NCBI RefSeq assembly: GCF_006345805.1
Contig: NC_043002.1
Span: forward strand, 106,392,001 to 106,456,000
DNA length: 64,000 bases
Reading direction: 5' to 3'
From: Octopus sinensis
Taxonomy: Eukaryota
Below are positions 63,643 through 64,000 of this stretch, in pieces. Position 1 is the stretch's first letter, and every line of letters begins with the position of its first letter. The translations under genes were made by a program, and so were the position numbers. The notes under the pieces are model-generated. The model made no database searches and was not told the DNA's origin. It saw nothing but the letters and a program-made list of their open reading frames with translations.

Positions 63643-64000
63643 TTACTCTTTTTTACTCTTTTACTTGTTTCAGTCATTTGACTGCGGCCATGCTGGAGCA
63701 CCGCCTTTAGTCGAGCAAATCGACCCCGGGACTTATTCTTTGTAAGCCCAGTACTTATTCTATCGGTCTCTTTTTGCCGAACCGCTAAGTGACGGGGACA
63801 TAAACACACCAGCATCGGTTGTCAAGCAATTCTATGGGGGACAAACACAGACACACAAACATATACACTCACATATATATAAATATATACATATATACGA
63901 CAGGCTTCTTTCAGTTTCCGTCTACTAAATCTACTCACAAGGCATTGGTCGGCCCGGGGCTATAGCAGAAGACATTTGCCCAAGATGCCACGCAGTGGGA
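63643..64000 (-). mobile_element. tRNA-derived SINE family 1, cut by the window edge
   Basis: Near-identical to 33404-33760. Confidence 0.88.

Overview
AT-rich, microsatellite-saturated animal DNA. Its SINE, LINE and Penelope content looks like an Octopus genome (inference). There is one confident host gene: an intronless ABHD15-like alpha/beta-hydrolase (2824-4011, +) whose nucleophile-elbow Ser position is Ala. Almost everything else recognisable is decayed mobile DNA. (1) R4/Dong-type (RT + restriction-like endonuclease) LINEs from several families, plus a ~550-bp non-coding partner element, sit inside (TAA)n arrays in strict strand orientation; related LINEs sit in (CA)n/(CATA)n arrays. 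(2) Penelope-like elements (PLEs) and their terminal repeats. (3) RTE, CR1-like and Tx1-like LINE remnants. (4) Five mariner copies, hAT, pogo/Tigger and Helentron-type non-autonomous elements. (5) Several tRNA-derived SINEs. (6) A CA-spaced minisatellite with a higher-order repeat that runs into a 100-N gap. The most notable hidden layer is self-cleaving ribozyme motifs folded by eye: a hammerhead on each arm of a 506-bp palindrome just upstream of a PLE ORF, a second canonical hammerhead at 59740, four copies of a hammerhead variant with a CUGUNGA core, and two decayed HDV-like ribozymes at RTE 5' ends. Most long ORFs in the supplied track are microsatellite translations. No database searches or folding programs were run; family names come from recognised motifs.
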